A stretch of DNA of 29,195 nucleotides from Cyanophyceae cyanobacterium (GCA_050331735.1 JBHJGN010000025.1:1-29195), one strand, 5' to 3'. Shown: positions 18,412 to 28,687, counted from the first letter of the stretch. Notes: generated by a model not told the origin, from the letters alone. A program made the numbers and translations.

Positions 18412-18777
18412 CTAGGTGCAAGGGACGGCTTCGGGGGTGCAGTCTCCGGCAGAGAAAGATTTGCCACAGCCACAGCCATCGGTAGCATTAGGGTTTTCAA
18501 AGGTAAAACCGCTTTGAATTAGACTTTCGACGAAATCAATGACAATGCCATCTAGAACAGGGGCGCTTTGCCGATCGAGGTAAATTTTGACGCGATCTTG
18601 TTCGTAGATTAAATCGTCAGCTTCGGGGCGATCAACGATATCCATCGCATATTCATAGCCGTTACAGCCGCCGTTCACTGCTGCTACCCGCACCCCTTTT
18701 TCGGGAGTGTCGTTAGTACTCGCGCGGATAAAGCTACGAAGTCTAAATGCTGCTTTTTCGGTTAAGTAAACAGACAT
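18412..18777 (-). CDS. hesB: HesB/IscA-family Fe-S assembly protein
   Basis: GGCNGYEY and FENPNATDGCGCGKSF motifs. Confidence 0.95.
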   Translation of the reverse strand: MSVYLTEKAAFRLRSFIRASTNDTPEKGVRVAAVNGGCNGYEYAMDIVDRPEADDLIYEQDRVKIYLDRQSAPVLDGIVIDFVESLIQSGFTFENPNATDGCGCGKSFSAGDCTPEAVPCT

Positions 18778-18807
18778 GGGGATTCTCCTTGGGATGATTG
18801 TTGATGG

Positions 18808-19587
18808 TTAATTGTTGATAGTTAGTAGTTGGGGGTCTGCTTTCTCTACCTCTGGCTTGCCACAGACGGGGCAATCTGGATCTTTGTAGAGGCGCAGTTT
18901 GTGAAACTCGACGTTGGCTAAATCCATGTTGAGTAGGGTTCCCAGTAAGGGTTTACCGAGTCCTGTGATTAGCTTGATAGCTTCTAGGGCGGTTAAACAG
19001 GCGAGAGTGCCAGATACCGCACCGAGGACGCCAAAAGCGCGGCGATCCCAGTTGGGTTTTTCGGGAAAGAGACAAGAGAGACAGGGGGTGAGGCCAGGGA
19101 CGATGGTGGTGAGGTAGGCATCCATGCTGTTCATAGCGGCTTCTACCATCGGCTTGTGCCAGCGGACACAGGCAGCATTGAGCAGATCCCGTTCGGGGAA
19201 ATTATGAGCGCAACTGAGGGCAATGTCGGCGCGTTGAACGAGGGCATCGACGTTTTCGGGAGTGATGTATTCGGCGATCGCCTCTACTTCAACATCGGGA
19301 TTGATTTGGGTGAGAGTCGCTTGGGCTTTCGTTACTCTCGGTTTACCTACCCAGTCATCGGTCATGAGGATCTGACGATTCATGTCGTCGAGACGCAACT
19401 CGCCACCGCGAACTAGAATCAGCTTACCGATGCCAGCAACCGCGAGGTAGAGGGCAACCGTTCCGCCCAAACCTCCAACTCCAGACACAAGGGCAGTCGA
19501 GTTTTTGAGGGCTTGCTGTCCGGCTTCTCCGAAACCCGAAAGCTGGATCTGACGGCGATAGCGTTCTAGTTCTTTAGGTGATAACAT
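18808..19587 (-). CDS. hesA: HesA (MoeB/ThiF family)
   Basis: ERYRRQI, GVGGLGG, DMNRQIL, CLSC and CPVC zinc motifs. Confidence 0.95.
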   Translation of the reverse strand: MLSPKELERYRRQIQLSGFGEAGQQALKNSTALVSGVGGLGGTVALYLAVAGIGKLILVRGGELRLDDMNRQILMTDDWVGKPRVTKAQATLTQINPDVEVEAIAEYITPENVDALVQRADIALSCAHNFPERDLLNAACVRWHKPMVEAAMNSMDAYLTTIVPGLTPCLSCLFPEKPNWDRRAFGVLGAVSGTLACLTALEAIKLITGLGKPLLGTLLNMDLANVEFHKLRLYKDPDCPVCGKPEVEKADPQLLTINN

Positions 19588-19612
19588 AATTTTCTTCTCT
19601 TTGTTACTTGTC

Positions 19613-19984
19613 TTAACCTTCTGCCTCCTGCCCCCTGCCCTCTGCCTTCTTCGTCAGTTCTTCTAAGGAAACAAAGTTTTTTGGTTTGGTTTGAAAAACT
19701 TTAAACAGCTTCGTTTCTAAAGGACTGGAGGTTAAGAAAACCTGATAAGCTTCCTCTAAAGCTAGCCGATACTTCTCCAGTCTTTCGGCTTCATCGACAT
19801 CGGGAAAAGCCTGATCGACTTCTCTAATCAGAAGAGAAAACTGTTTGAGAATGTGCAGACGGTTGATATTGACGAATTCAGGATCGTAGTCAATGTTGAA
19901 GAACTGAAGATATTCTTCTGCATTAACGAGGTTTTGAAAGGTTGCTAGATTTTTTGGGGTGGTATCAGTTTCAGTTGCAGTCAT
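19613..19984 (-). CDS. nifW: Nitrogenase-stabilising protein NifW
   Basis: AEEYLQFFNIDYDPEFVNINRLHILKQF...KLFKVF; likely ATG at 19984 overlapping the upstream stop (ATGA). Confidence 0.93.
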   Translation of the reverse strand: MTATETDTTPKNLATFQNLVNAEEYLQFFNIDYDPEFVNINRLHILKQFSLLIREVDQAFPDVDEAERLEKYRLALEEAYQVFLTSSPLETKLFKVFQTKPKNFVSLEELTKKAEGRGQEAEG

Positions 19985-20217
19985 GACAATTGTTGCTCCC
20001 AAGTTTTTAGTTGCTGTTTGAGTTCGGCTAACTGACGATAAACCTCGTAGGTTTTAGTCGCTTCCTCGATGAGAGTTTCGTAATTGGCTGGTAAACCTTC
20101 AGCAAGATCGTGCAGGTCCATCTTGATTTGACCTGCTTTACTGTTGAGGCGTTTGATGGTTTTCTTCAAATCCGCAACAGCTTCGGGGGTTGGGGTTTGA
20201 GCTGTAGTTTGAACCAT
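19981..20217 (-). CDS. DUF683/CCE_0567-family nif-associated small protein
   Basis: LKKTIKRLNSKAGQIKMDLHDLAEGLP motif; ATG 20217 with AAGGA RBS. Confidence 0.9.
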   Translation of the reverse strand: MVQTTAQTPTPEAVADLKKTIKRLNSKAGQIKMDLHDLAEGLPANYETLIEEATKTYEVYRQLAELKQQLKTWEQQLS

Positions 20218-20254
20218 TGTTTGTCCTTGTTGAATGACAGATGAGCAATGAGCA

Positions 20255-20728
20255 TTACGCATCGGCAGCATCGGGGAATTTTTCGATGTTTTTGATGCCA
20301 GATTCGACCAATCTTTCTCCTTGGGCAGCGAGTTTATTGAGAGAAGGATAGCCAAAGCGTTGCGCATCTCTGAGGGTGCGAGAGAGCACGACTAAGCGTC
20401 CCGTCCAAACCAGCGCCCAGCCAAAGCCTTCGTGCGAGAGATCGGTGACGACTTGGCAAAGTTTGCCGGTTTGTTTTTCAATACTGGCGGCGATCGCTCG
20501 ATAGAAACAGAGAATTCTTAGCTGTGTTGCCGGATCGACATCGCCCTCTACAGAAATTTGGCTTTTCTTTTCTTTGCTGACGACAAAATTAGCTAACACT
20601 AATTCATCTTTCCAACTGCGATAGACTCCATAGTGATCTTGAGCGCGGACTTGCAGAACTAATTCTTTGAGAAAAGCACTTTCTTCAACGATGTTTGTGG
20701 TAGTTTCGGGGGTAGTGGTGGTAGTCAT
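20255..20728 (-). CDS. NifX-associated nitrogen fixation protein (DUF269)
   Basis: FLKELVLQVRAQDHYG, FYRAIAASIEKQTG, LSHEGFG, LRDAQRFGY. Confidence 0.93.
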   Translation of the reverse strand: MTTTTTPETTTNIVEESAFLKELVLQVRAQDHYGVYRSWKDELVLANFVVSKEKKSQISVEGDVDPATQLRILCFYRAIAASIEKQTGKLCQVVTDLSHEGFGWALVWTGRLVVLSRTLRDAQRFGYPSLNKLAAQGERLVESGIKNIEKFPDAADA

Positions 20729-20879
20729 GATTCGTTAATGGTTGATGGTTGATAGTTGATTGCTGATAGTTAATGGTTAGTAGTTCTTCAACTAGGAAAG
20801 TAGGTTTTGCAGTAGTCAAAGGACAATGAACAATCAACAAAAAAACTAGAATGGATGTTTATAACTAAAGAAATAAGGT

Positions 20880-21275
20880 CTACTCTTCTTCAAAATCGAA
20901 GCTCTTTGGGCTTTGCCCTAATGCTTTACGCAGCCAAGGAGGAGGATCGCTCATCGTTTTAACTAAGCTCTTGAGAACATCGGCAATTTCATCGTCTTGA
21001 TTTTCGGTTTTAAGGGGGGTAATTTTGTGCTTTAGCAACCGGGATGCGGCACTGCCTCCAATGGCGGAAACGTAAACAATTGTGCAATCAGAAACGGCAT
21101 TGATTTTGGGCACTAGCTTGTCTTCGTTGCCATCTTCTTTAAGGTCGCCGCCAAATTCGACGGTTTCAAGAAAGCGATAGCCTTCAGGGGAAACATCATA
21201 GACATCTACCTTTTTTGCCCAGCCGAAATGAGCATTAATATGGACGTTATCTTGGGTAGCAAAGGCAACTTTCAT
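20880..21275 (-). CDS. nifX: FeMo-cofactor precursor carrier NifX
   Basis: MKVAFATQDNVHINAHFGWAK, EDKL.PKI, IGGSAA, PPPWLRKAL; start at ATG 21275. Confidence 0.95.
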   Translation of the reverse strand: MKVAFATQDNVHINAHFGWAKKVDVYDVSPEGYRFLETVEFGGDLKEDGNEDKLVPKINAVSDCTIVYVSAIGGSAASRLLKHKITPLKTENQDDEIADVLKSLVKTMSDPPPWLRKALGQSPKSFDFEEE

Positions 21276-21375
21276 GGGACTGGTTGATAGCTGATGGTTA
21301 ATAGTTGATAGTTTTGTTATTGGTACATAGCCATCCATTAAAGCTATTAATCAATAGACAATGAGCTATACATGA

Positions 21376-21846
21376 TTAATAATCAACGAAATCTAAATAC
21401 TGACTGGCTTTCGTAACCGCGCTATTGATAAAGGTTTCAGCGGATTCGACTAACGCTTGTGTTGTCAGGAAGCTCAGGCTTCTATATCCCCAAATTAATG
21501 AGTACAAGACTAAAACTCCACCACAGAAAATCACCGCAGAGCTAAAATCTTTACCTTTCAACTGAACATAAGTTTCTGTTTTATGTCCCGTTCTTTTCTC
21601 GATTGCTGCCCCAACTGTCTGATAGAAAGCTTGCGTGAGAAGCTGACTGAGCGGATCGAGGTTGAGATTATTTGAAGAAATGGTTGGATCCGGAGAACCA
21701 ACTAACCGCTTTATTAAACGCTCATCAGACCACTTCTGATATCGATTGGCAGTATCTTCTAAACGAAATTGATCAATCAATTCTTGCAGAAAAAGATGTG
21801 GTGACTGAGTAATTTGTGGTGGCTTCTCAAGAGTTATTTGACTCAT
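21376..21846 (-). CDS. Divergent DUF269-like paralog
   Basis: FLQELIDQFRLED...WSDERL...FYQTVGAAIEKRTG aligns with FLKELVLQVRAQD...WKDELV...FYRAIAASIEKQTG of 20255..20728; near-identical length (156 vs 157 aa). Confidence 0.8.
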   Translation of the reverse strand: MSQITLEKPPQITQSPHLFLQELIDQFRLEDTANRYQKWSDERLIKRLVGSPDPTISSNNLNLDPLSQLLTQAFYQTVGAAIEKRTGHKTETYVQLKGKDFSSAVIFCGGVLVLYSLIWGYRSLSFLTTQALVESAETFINSAVTKASQYLDFVDY

Positions 21847-21889
21847 TTGTCTGTTCTCTTGCTAATGACGAACAACGAAGGACACGTGA

Positions 21890-23209
21890 TTAATGTCCTA
21901 ATTCAATGAAAATGTTGCCGATATCAAATAAAAACTGCATTGTCCCTCGATAGCCAATCAAGCAACGAGAACCATTACCGAGGCGGTCGTAGATAGGGTA
22001 GCCCATTCGGTAGAGGGGAATATGAAGTTTATCAGCGAGGATTTTTCCTTGGGAATTAGTAATAATTAAATCTGAACCAGAGGCTAAATCTTCTAAGTCT
22101 TCGAGATCGCCAATTGTCACGGTATCAACGGGCAATTCACTGAGCAACGGCGATTTAGTCGTCGTGACGGCGGCTTGAATTTCTGCCCCCATTTCGTGTA
22201 ATAGCCAACTGGTTTGATAGAGCAGATCGGGTTCTAACGCCAAGCACACCTTTTTGCCGCCAAAATAGAAATGAGTATCGAGGATGGCATCCTGTAGCTG
22301 ACGACGCTGACGTTGGTATTTTGAAGGGATTTGGAACGGTGACTGTCCGTTGCGATCGCCAATAAAGGCCGTTTGGACGAGCAGCCACAAAAACTGATCG
22401 ACGGCGGTCAAACCTGCGATTCGCGGCAAGACCTCGTAGTTGGTGCCAAAGCGTTGCTGCAAGATTTCCGCCGCCGGACGCATACTTTCGCCGATGGCGA
22501 TGGTAAACAGCGATCGCTCTAGCTGCCGTAGCTGTTCTCGGGAAGTGCCGCCCGGAGTTTTGCTGTTATAGTCATCATCTAAGTGTCCGTCTACCGAACC
22601 CGACAGATCCGGGATGACAAGCGGCGTTAGCCCCAATGACTCCACAATTTCTTTAATTTCCTCGACATCCCCAGGACCAAGCAGCGATCCGGCTAAAATC
22701 GTCACCTGCTTTGCAGATGTTTCTACCGATGCGCCGTAGTCAGCCGCGACAGTCGATTGAACCGCCGCCGCAAAGCCATCCTGCAATGACCCTTTATAAT
22801 CGGGAGTGGAAACAAAGATGATAGGCAGGGAATCGAGTTCAGGATGGCGCTGACGAATCGATTTGAGAATGCCGTGCATATCGTCTCCCCGCGTCTCCGT
22901 CAGCCCTGTGGTGAGCAAACCCAGCAAATCGGGTTGAGCTTTCTCGACCAGAGTTAAAATGGCCTGTTCGATATTCTCCTCCCCGCCCAAAATAGTCGAA
23001 ACCTCCGTCATCGCCGTCGTGGCTAGGGGAATTGCCTCGCGGAAATGCCGTACCAACAACACCTTGGCAAACGCCGTACACCCCTGAGAACCGTGAAAGA
23101 GAGGCACAATTCCTTTTAATCCCAAGAAAGCCAACGCTGCCCCTAGAGGCGCACTCTGTTTAAGAGGATTAACAGCAACAGATTTTTTATTGCGGGTAAC
23201 GGTAGTCAT
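21890..23209 (-). CDS. nifN: FeMo-cofactor scaffold NifN
   Basis: VNPLKQSAPLGA, HGSQGCTAF, RHFREAIPL, GYPIYDRLG. Confidence 0.97.
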   Translation of the reverse strand: MTTVTRNKKSVAVNPLKQSAPLGAALAFLGLKGIVPLFHGSQGCTAFAKVLLVRHFREAIPLATTAMTEVSTILGGEENIEQAILTLVEKAQPDLLGLLTTGLTETRGDDMHGILKSIRQRHPELDSLPIIFVSTPDYKGSLQDGFAAAVQSTVAADYGASVETSAKQVTILAGSLLGPGDVEEIKEIVESLGLTPLVIPDLSGSVDGHLDDDYNSKTPGGTSREQLRQLERSLFTIAIGESMRPAAEILQQRFGTNYEVLPRIAGLTAVDQFLWLLVQTAFIGDRNGQSPFQIPSKYQRQRRQLQDAILDTHFYFGGKKVCLALEPDLLYQTSWLLHEMGAEIQAAVTTTKSPLLSELPVDTVTIGDLEDLEDLASGSDLIITNSQGKILADKLHIPLYRMGYPIYDRLGNGSRCLIGYRGTMQFLFDIGNIFIELGH

Positions 23210-23299
23210 GGTTTGTTGATGGTTGATGGTTAATAGTTAATGGTTCTCAACTCAGTGGGGACAATGAACCATGAGCAATCAACAATGAGCAATCAGCAA

Positions 23300-24682
23300 T
23301 TAACCACTGATCGCTACCTCCCACGGTGCTGGCTGACGAACCTGTTCCCAGATGGGGCTGTGGAGAACGCGATCGAATTCTTTAGCCATTTCGATCAGTC
23401 CCACGTATCCGGCATAGGGGTTGTGGCGTTCCTGGTTGATGTCGAGGAAGGGAATGCGGGCTTTGAGGGCAGTGTACTGGTTGCGTCCTCCAGCAACGAG
23501 CATATCGGCTTTGGTCTTTTCAATCACTTTTAAGAGTTCCTGGGCATTTCCTTTGGCGAGCATAATGCCGTCTTTGCCCAATAGCTCTCGAATCTTGGCT
23601 TTATCTTCTTCGGTGCTTTTTTTGGTGCTGGTGGCTGCTACTTCCATGCCTAAATCTTGAGCGGCAGAAATAATCGACCAGCTTTTGACTCCTCCGGTAT
23701 ACAGCACCATCCGCTTGCCTTTAAGTCGAGCGCGATAGGGCGCGAGGGCAACATCGAGTTTAGCCGTTTCTTCGGCAATCACGGTTTCGACTCGCTGCTG
23801 TAATTCGGGATCGCCGAGTTTCTGGGCAATGTTGCGTAAACAGCGATTCATGTCGGCAACGCCGTAGAAGGATTCTTCAATGTAGGGGATGCCGTAGCGT
23901 TCCTCCATTTTGCGCCCCATATTGATCAGGGCTTTAGAGCAGATCATCACGTTCAGTTTGGCGCGATGAGCAGTGCGGATCTCTTCAAAGGTGGCATCGC
24001 CCGTAATCTTAGAAAGAACGCGAATCCCGACTTTTTCAAACAGAGGCAGGACGCCCCACAGTTCTCCGGCGATGTTGTATTCCCCAATTAGATTAATATC
24101 AGTGGGGGTGGTATATTCCGGTTCGGCTGTGCCGACAACGTGATCGAGTAACGATTCTCCGGCGAGTCTGTTTCCGAGGTTCTTGCTGCCGACAAAACCG
24201 GGAGCATGAACGGGGATGATGGGAGTGTCAAACTTGTTGGTGGCGGCTTCGCAGACGGCATCGAGATCGTCGCCAATCAGGGCCGTAACGCAGGTGGAGT
24301 AAACAAATACGGCTGGAGGCTGATAGCGCTTGATTACCTGGGCGATCGCCTTGTAGAGTTTTTTCTCCCCGCCGAAAATAATGTCGTTTTCGCCAATATC
24401 GGTGGTAAATCCCATTTTGTAGGTTGTTGCCCCCGAAGAGAGGCTACCGCGACTGCCCCAGGAATTGCCCGCACAGGCTATCGGTCCGTGAACCAGGTGA
24501 GCCGCATCGGTAATGGGAACGAGGGCAATAGACGCTCCATCAAAGGCACACCCTCCCTGAGCCGCTCCGGGCTTGGCTTGTTGGGTACAGGCTTTATTTT
24601 TACCCTGTTCTCCTTTTTTGTGATTGTGTTCGCAACCGGGTTCGTTGAGGAGGTCTGCGATTTTGCCTTTGGTGAGTTTCAT
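23300..24682 (-). CDS. nifE: FeMo-cofactor scaffold NifE
   Basis: PGAAQGGCAFDGA, HGPIAC, YSTCV, YTGGVKSWS, DINQERH. Confidence 0.98.
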   Translation of the reverse strand: MKLTKGKIADLLNEPGCEHNHKKGEQGKNKACTQQAKPGAAQGGCAFDGASIALVPITDAAHLVHGPIACAGNSWGSRGSLSSGATTYKMGFTTDIGENDIIFGGEKKLYKAIAQVIKRYQPPAVFVYSTCVTALIGDDLDAVCEAATNKFDTPIIPVHAPGFVGSKNLGNRLAGESLLDHVVGTAEPEYTTPTDINLIGEYNIAGELWGVLPLFEKVGIRVLSKITGDATFEEIRTAHRAKLNVMICSKALINMGRKMEERYGIPYIEESFYGVADMNRCLRNIAQKLGDPELQQRVETVIAEETAKLDVALAPYRARLKGKRMVLYTGGVKSWSIISAAQDLGMEVAATSTKKSTEEDKAKIRELLGKDGIMLAKGNAQELLKVIEKTKADMLVAGGRNQYTALKARIPFLDINQERHNPYAGYVGLIEMAKEFDRVLHSPIWEQVRQPAPWEVAISG

Positions 24683-24742
24683 GGTTCTTGAGCGAGCGGT
24701 GGTTAAAATGCGATCGCAAGTGTTACTACTAACAAATACCGA

Positions 24743-25045
24743 CTAACAGATATACTGGGTAATATCCTGCCCACAGTCCCCTTCTAAATAGCTCAGGGCG
24801 CGGAGGCGTAAATGCACAACTTCGTTGTAGAGGGGGTTGATTTTGCACAGCGCGGGAATGTGAACGGTGCGTCCGAAAAGGGTGACATCGCGCTCAAACG
24901 GACAGGTGCAGGGAATTAAATTACACAGAGAACGAGCGAATTTTTCGTTTTTGATTTCGATGCTGTTGACCCAGCGACGCAGAGGAGCGAACAGATCGAG
25001 GGGGCGGCGCGGAGCTAAATTGAGGTGGGGAGTGTGGGTAGCCAT
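24743..25045 (-). CDS. Mo-dependent nitrogenase C-terminal domain-containing protein
   Basis: LCNLIPCTCPFERDV.LFGR...HIPALCKINPLY...LRLRALSYL family signature. Confidence 0.88.
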   Translation of the reverse strand: MATHTPHLNLAPRRPLDLFAPLRRWVNSIEIKNEKFARSLCNLIPCTCPFERDVTLFGRTVHIPALCKINPLYNEVVHLRLRALSYLEGDCGQDITQYIC

Positions 25046-25052
25046 AATAGCC

Positions 25053-25313
25053 TCATTGGGTTACGAGTTCGAGTTCTTTCCCCAGACAGCCGACGACGTT
25101 TCCAGTTTCCATAAAGTGTACGGAGTAGATATAAGCCGTTTGCAGATAGGTACCGATGGAAATGATGTATCCTTCATCTCCTTTATTGGCTAACGTTTCA
25201 CCAATTTCTTTACCGGGGAAGGTGCCGTCATTGCGAATTTTTTTGCGGACTCTGACTTTAGCATCGAGATCGAAAGCAGGTTCTTGATCGAGTTCTACAT
25301 CACCGAGTTTCAT
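25053..25313 (-). CDS. nifZ: NifZ (MoFe protein P-cluster maturation)
   Basis: IRNDGTFPG...G..L...GDEGYI..IGTYLQ..YIYSVHF...VVGC; ATG 25313 with GAGG RBS. Confidence 0.95.
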   Translation of the reverse strand: MKLGDVELDQEPAFDLDAKVRVRKKIRNDGTFPGKEIGETLANKGDEGYIISIGTYLQTAYIYSVHFMETGNVVGCLGKELELVTQ

Positions 25314-25325
25314 GATTTTCCTCAA

Positions 25326-25388
25326 AGCTGTTAGCTCTTGGCTGTTAGCTATTAGCCTTAGCTAACAGCTAATGGCTAATAGCTAATC
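25326..25388. repeat. Inverted heptamer-repeat array (TTAGCTn / nAGCTAA) between nifK and nifZ
   Basis: ctgttagctcttggctgttagctattagcc followed by tagctaacagctaatggctaatagctaat; the two halves are complementary. Confidence 0.75.
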
Positions 25389-25396
25389 GCTACTAC

Positions 25397-26974
25397 TTAA
25401 CGAATCAGGTCGAAGGAGATATCGGTCTTCGACGGGATAATGGTCTTGCGATCCAGTTCGTCGAGGATGGTGTTGACGATCCAGTTGTGGAGGTTCAGCG
25501 CTCCTCGATAACCCAGTGTCTCGTAGCGGTGCATGTGGTGGCGATCGAAGATCGGATAGCCAATGCGGACGAGAGGAGTGTGGGTGTCGCGCCACAGGTA
25601 CTTGCCGTAGGAGTTGCCGATCAGCAGATCCACAGGCTCGGTAAACATCAGGCTCCGCAGATGCCAGAGGTCTTTCTTGCCCCAGATGGTGGCATCCTTA
25701 CCGTAGGGACTGGCAGCCAAGACGGCTTGTAGTTCTGCTTCAAATTCTGGGTTGCTATTAGTAACGACGATGTGAACGGGTTCTGCGCCCAACTCTAGGA
25801 GGAAGTTAACCAAACCAAATACATGGTCGGGATCGCCGTAGAGAGCGACTCGCTTACCGTGAATCCACGCCTGGGAATCGGTCATCGCGTCAACGGCACG
25901 ACCTCTTTCTTCGATTAACTCTTGGGGCACAGGCTTACCGCTGATTTCCGAGAGTTTGGAGAGAAACTCATCGGTGCCGCGAATGCCGAAGGGACGGAAG
26001 TTGAAGGTTTGCTGACCCCATTCTTTCTCGATGTATTCCTGGGTTTTGGGAGTCGTGTACTTCTGGAAGAAGAACGTGCCTTCGCCGTTGATGGAGTCGG
26101 CAGCATCTTCGAGTTTAGTTAGACCGTTGTACATCTCGAATTCACCCGTGTTCGGGGAATCGAACGAATCGGCGTTGTCGGAAAGAACGGTGTAGTCGAG
26201 ATCGAATAGTTGCAGAATCCGCTTGAGTTCTCGGATGTTGCCGATATAGGGATCGAAGCCCAGGTTGAAGTTGTACTTACCGTTGGTGGTGTCTTGTTTC
26301 TTGCCCTCGGTTAAGCACTCCAGAATTCCCTTGAGCATGTTGTCGTACCCCGTGATGTGAGAGCCGACAAAGCTAGGAGTGTGGGCGTAGGGAACCGGGA
26401 AGTCCTGGGGAACTGAGCCTTCGTTCTTGGAGGTTTGGATAAACGCGCCTAAGTCATCGCCGATTACCTCTGCCATGCAGGTGGTGCAGAGGGCAATCAT
26501 TTTCGGCTTGTAGAGGGTGTAGGAGTTTGCCAAGCCATCGATCATGTTTTTCATTCCCCCGAAGACGGCAGCATCTTCGGTCATGGAGGAGGAAACGGCT
26601 TGGAAGGGTTCTTTAAAATTACGGGTGAGGTGAGTGCGGAAGTACGCGACGCAACCTTGAGAACCGTGACTATAGGGTAGAGTGCCTTCAAAACCAGCGG
26701 CAACAAAGAGAGCACCTAGGGGTTGACAGGCTTTCGCGGGGTTGATGGTCAAAGCTTCGCGGGCAAAGTTCTTCTCGCGGTAGTCCCACGTTTTGGTCCA
26801 TTCGGCAATGCGGGCAACTTCTTCTTTGCTGTGTGCTCCTTCAAACTGACGCTTGTATTCAAAGAGTTCCTGATAGGGGTCGGTGTGAAAGAGATCGAAG
26901 TGGTCTTGAATTTTACCGGGCTCTGAAGCGACAAGGTTTGTTGAGTTTTGAGTATTTTCCGTGTTCTGAGTCAT
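25397..26974 (-). CDS. nifK: Nitrogenase MoFe protein beta chain
   Basis: INPAKACQPLG, HGSQGCVAYFR, TTCMAEVIGDD, TPSFVGSH, GYPIFDRHH, C-terminal FDLIR. Confidence 0.99.
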   Translation of the reverse strand: MTQNTENTQNSTNLVASEPGKIQDHFDLFHTDPYQELFEYKRQFEGAHSKEEVARIAEWTKTWDYREKNFAREALTINPAKACQPLGALFVAAGFEGTLPYSHGSQGCVAYFRTHLTRNFKEPFQAVSSSMTEDAAVFGGMKNMIDGLANSYTLYKPKMIALCTTCMAEVIGDDLGAFIQTSKNEGSVPQDFPVPYAHTPSFVGSHITGYDNMLKGILECLTEGKKQDTTNGKYNFNLGFDPYIGNIRELKRILQLFDLDYTVLSDNADSFDSPNTGEFEMYNGLTKLEDAADSINGEGTFFFQKYTTPKTQEYIEKEWGQQTFNFRPFGIRGTDEFLSKLSEISGKPVPQELIEERGRAVDAMTDSQAWIHGKRVALYGDPDHVFGLVNFLLELGAEPVHIVVTNSNPEFEAELQAVLAASPYGKDATIWGKKDLWHLRSLMFTEPVDLLIGNSYGKYLWRDTHTPLVRIGYPIFDRHHMHRYETLGYRGALNLHNWIVNTILDELDRKTIIPSKTDISFDLIR

Positions 26975-27017
26975 GACGCTCTACCTCTTTTATATTTGTC
27001 CTTTGTTGATAGTCATT

Positions 27018-27127
27018 CAACTTCTTGGCAGAAGTTGGGGAAAGGGAAAAGGTGAAGGGGGAAGAATTGAGCTGAGCGCCATCATTGGTTATTCGCTACC
27101 GAGATAACTCATAACCAATGACTGGCG
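27018..27127 (-). other. Two stem-loops in the nifD-nifK spacer
   Basis: CAACTTCT-tggc-AGAAGTTG (27018-27037) and TCATTGGTTAT...ATAACCAATGA (27082-27121), extended by CGCCA/TGGCG. Confidence 0.6.
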
Positions 27128-27133
27128 ATCGCC

Positions 27134-28582
27134 TTACTTGGCTTGCCAAGGATTTTGGATTAAGCTCCAGGTGGGATTGTTGATGGCTAAATCCATGTCG
27201 CGAGCAAAAACGGCAAAGCCGTGATAGCCGTGGTAGGGACCGGAGTAATCCCAAGAGTGCATCTGGCGGAAGGGCAGAGCCATTTTCTGGAAGACGTACT
27301 TCTCTTTGATGCCTGCTGCAATCAGGTCAGGATTGAGCTGTTTGGCAAATTCCTCAAATTCGTGACCGCTGACGTCATCGTAGATGATGGTGCCGTCTTT
27401 AACGTATTCGGCGGTGCGCTTGTAGTCATCACCGTGACCGAACTCATAGCCCGTACCGATCACTTTCATGCCCAAGTCTTCAAAAGCGGGAATAACGTGA
27501 CGGGGGCGTAGTCCACCCACCATCATCATCACGGTTTTGCCTTCTAAGCGAGGACGGTATTGAGCGATCAGGGCATCCATGTCGGTTTGATACTCGGCAA
27601 TCACCCGCTCGGCATTTTCCTGAATGGTTTCGTCAAATTGAGCCGCAATCTTCCGTAAGGACTTGGCTATTTGAGTCGGACCGAACAAATTGTATTCTAT
27701 CCAGGGAATACCGTACTGTTCCTCCATGTGTCGGCAGATGTAGTTCATCGACCGATAGCAGTGGATCAGGTTTAACTTAGCCAGGGGAGTCATGACAACT
27801 TCGTTAAAGGTGCCATCTCCAGAGAATTGACTGAGCACTCTCAAGCCAATCGCTTCGAGCAGCATCCGGCTGGGCCAAGCGTCACCACCGATGTTGTAGT
27901 CACCAATGATGTTGACATCATAGGGACCGGGTTCAAATCCTTCGGGAGTCTTGCGGTACTCGTCGGCTTTGGGGAGTACCCAGTCCCGAACGGTATCGTT
28001 GGCGATGTGGTGTCCTAAAGACTGGGAAACACCTCGGAAGCCTTCGCAGCGAACGGGAACAACCGGCTTGTTGTATTCCTTGGCTTTCTTGCGAGCCACC
28101 GCTTCAATATCGTCTCCAATTAAGCCAATGGGACATTCTGATTCAATCGTTGTTCCTTGGCTCAAGGGGAAGAGCACTTCGAGTTCATCGATCAGTTTCG
28201 CCAGCTTTTTGTCACCGCCGAAAACGATATCTCGCTCTTGAAAGTCGGAGGTGAACTGCATGGTGCCGAAGGTATCTACCCCAGTGGTGCCGATGTAGTA
28301 GTTACGACGACCAGACCAGGAGTAGTAGCCGCAGCCCACCGGACCGTGACTGAGGTGGATCATGTCCTTGACCGGACCCCAAACTACTCCCTTCGCTCCA
28401 GCGTAGGCACAACCCCGAGTCGTCATGACTCCAGGAACAGACTTTTTGTTAGACTTAACGCCGCAGTCAGATTTGCCTTCTTCGTAAACGCCGAGGTGCT
28501 TTTCCCGCTTTTTAGCTGCCTTGTCTGGATAGGCTTCTAGAACCTCTTTAATCAGTTCTTGGTTCTGTTCTACAGTTGACAT
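27134..28582 (-). CDS. nifD: Nitrogenase MoFe protein alpha chain (uninterrupted)
   Basis: [23 protein letters not shown], FeMoco ligands IHCYRSMNY and QMHSWDY, GGLRPRH. Confidence 0.99.
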   Translation of the reverse strand: MSTVEQNQELIKEVLEAYPDKAAKKREKHLGVYEEGKSDCGVKSNKKSVPGVMTTRGCAYAGAKGVVWGPVKDMIHLSHGPVGCGYYSWSGRRNYYIGTTGVDTFGTMQFTSDFQERDIVFGGDKKLAKLIDELEVLFPLSQGTTIESECPIGLIGDDIEAVARKKAKEYNKPVVPVRCEGFRGVSQSLGHHIANDTVRDWVLPKADEYRKTPEGFEPGPYDVNIIGDYNIGGDAWPSRMLLEAIGLRVLSQFSGDGTFNEVVMTPLAKLNLIHCYRSMNYICRHMEEQYGIPWIEYNLFGPTQIAKSLRKIAAQFDETIQENAERVIAEYQTDMDALIAQYRPRLEGKTVMMMVGGLRPRHVIPAFEDLGMKVIGTGYEFGHGDDYKRTAEYVKDGTIIYDDVSGHEFEEFAKQLNPDLIAAGIKEKYVFQKMALPFRQMHSWDYSGPYHGYHGFAVFARDMDLAINNPTWSLIQNPWQAK

Positions 28583-28621
28583 AATGTTATCCCCTTACAA
28601 TAATCGGATTTGAGCTGTGGG

Positions 28622-28687
28622 ATGGGAGGGAGAAGGTAATACCAATTCGCAATTAGAGAATTGGTGTAGGTTGATCCTCCTCCCTAT
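28622..28687 (-). other. Stem-loop in the nifH-nifD spacer
   Basis: Inner stem ACCAATTC-gcaattaga-GAATTGGT (28641-28665) flanked by GGGAGGGAG / CCTCCTCCC arms. Confidence 0.55.

Noticed and set aside
21276..21338. Longer nifX start (MDGYVPITKLSTINHQLSTSP)
   Set aside because: It is the translation of an intergenic heptamer array; NifX homology starts at MKVAF (21275).
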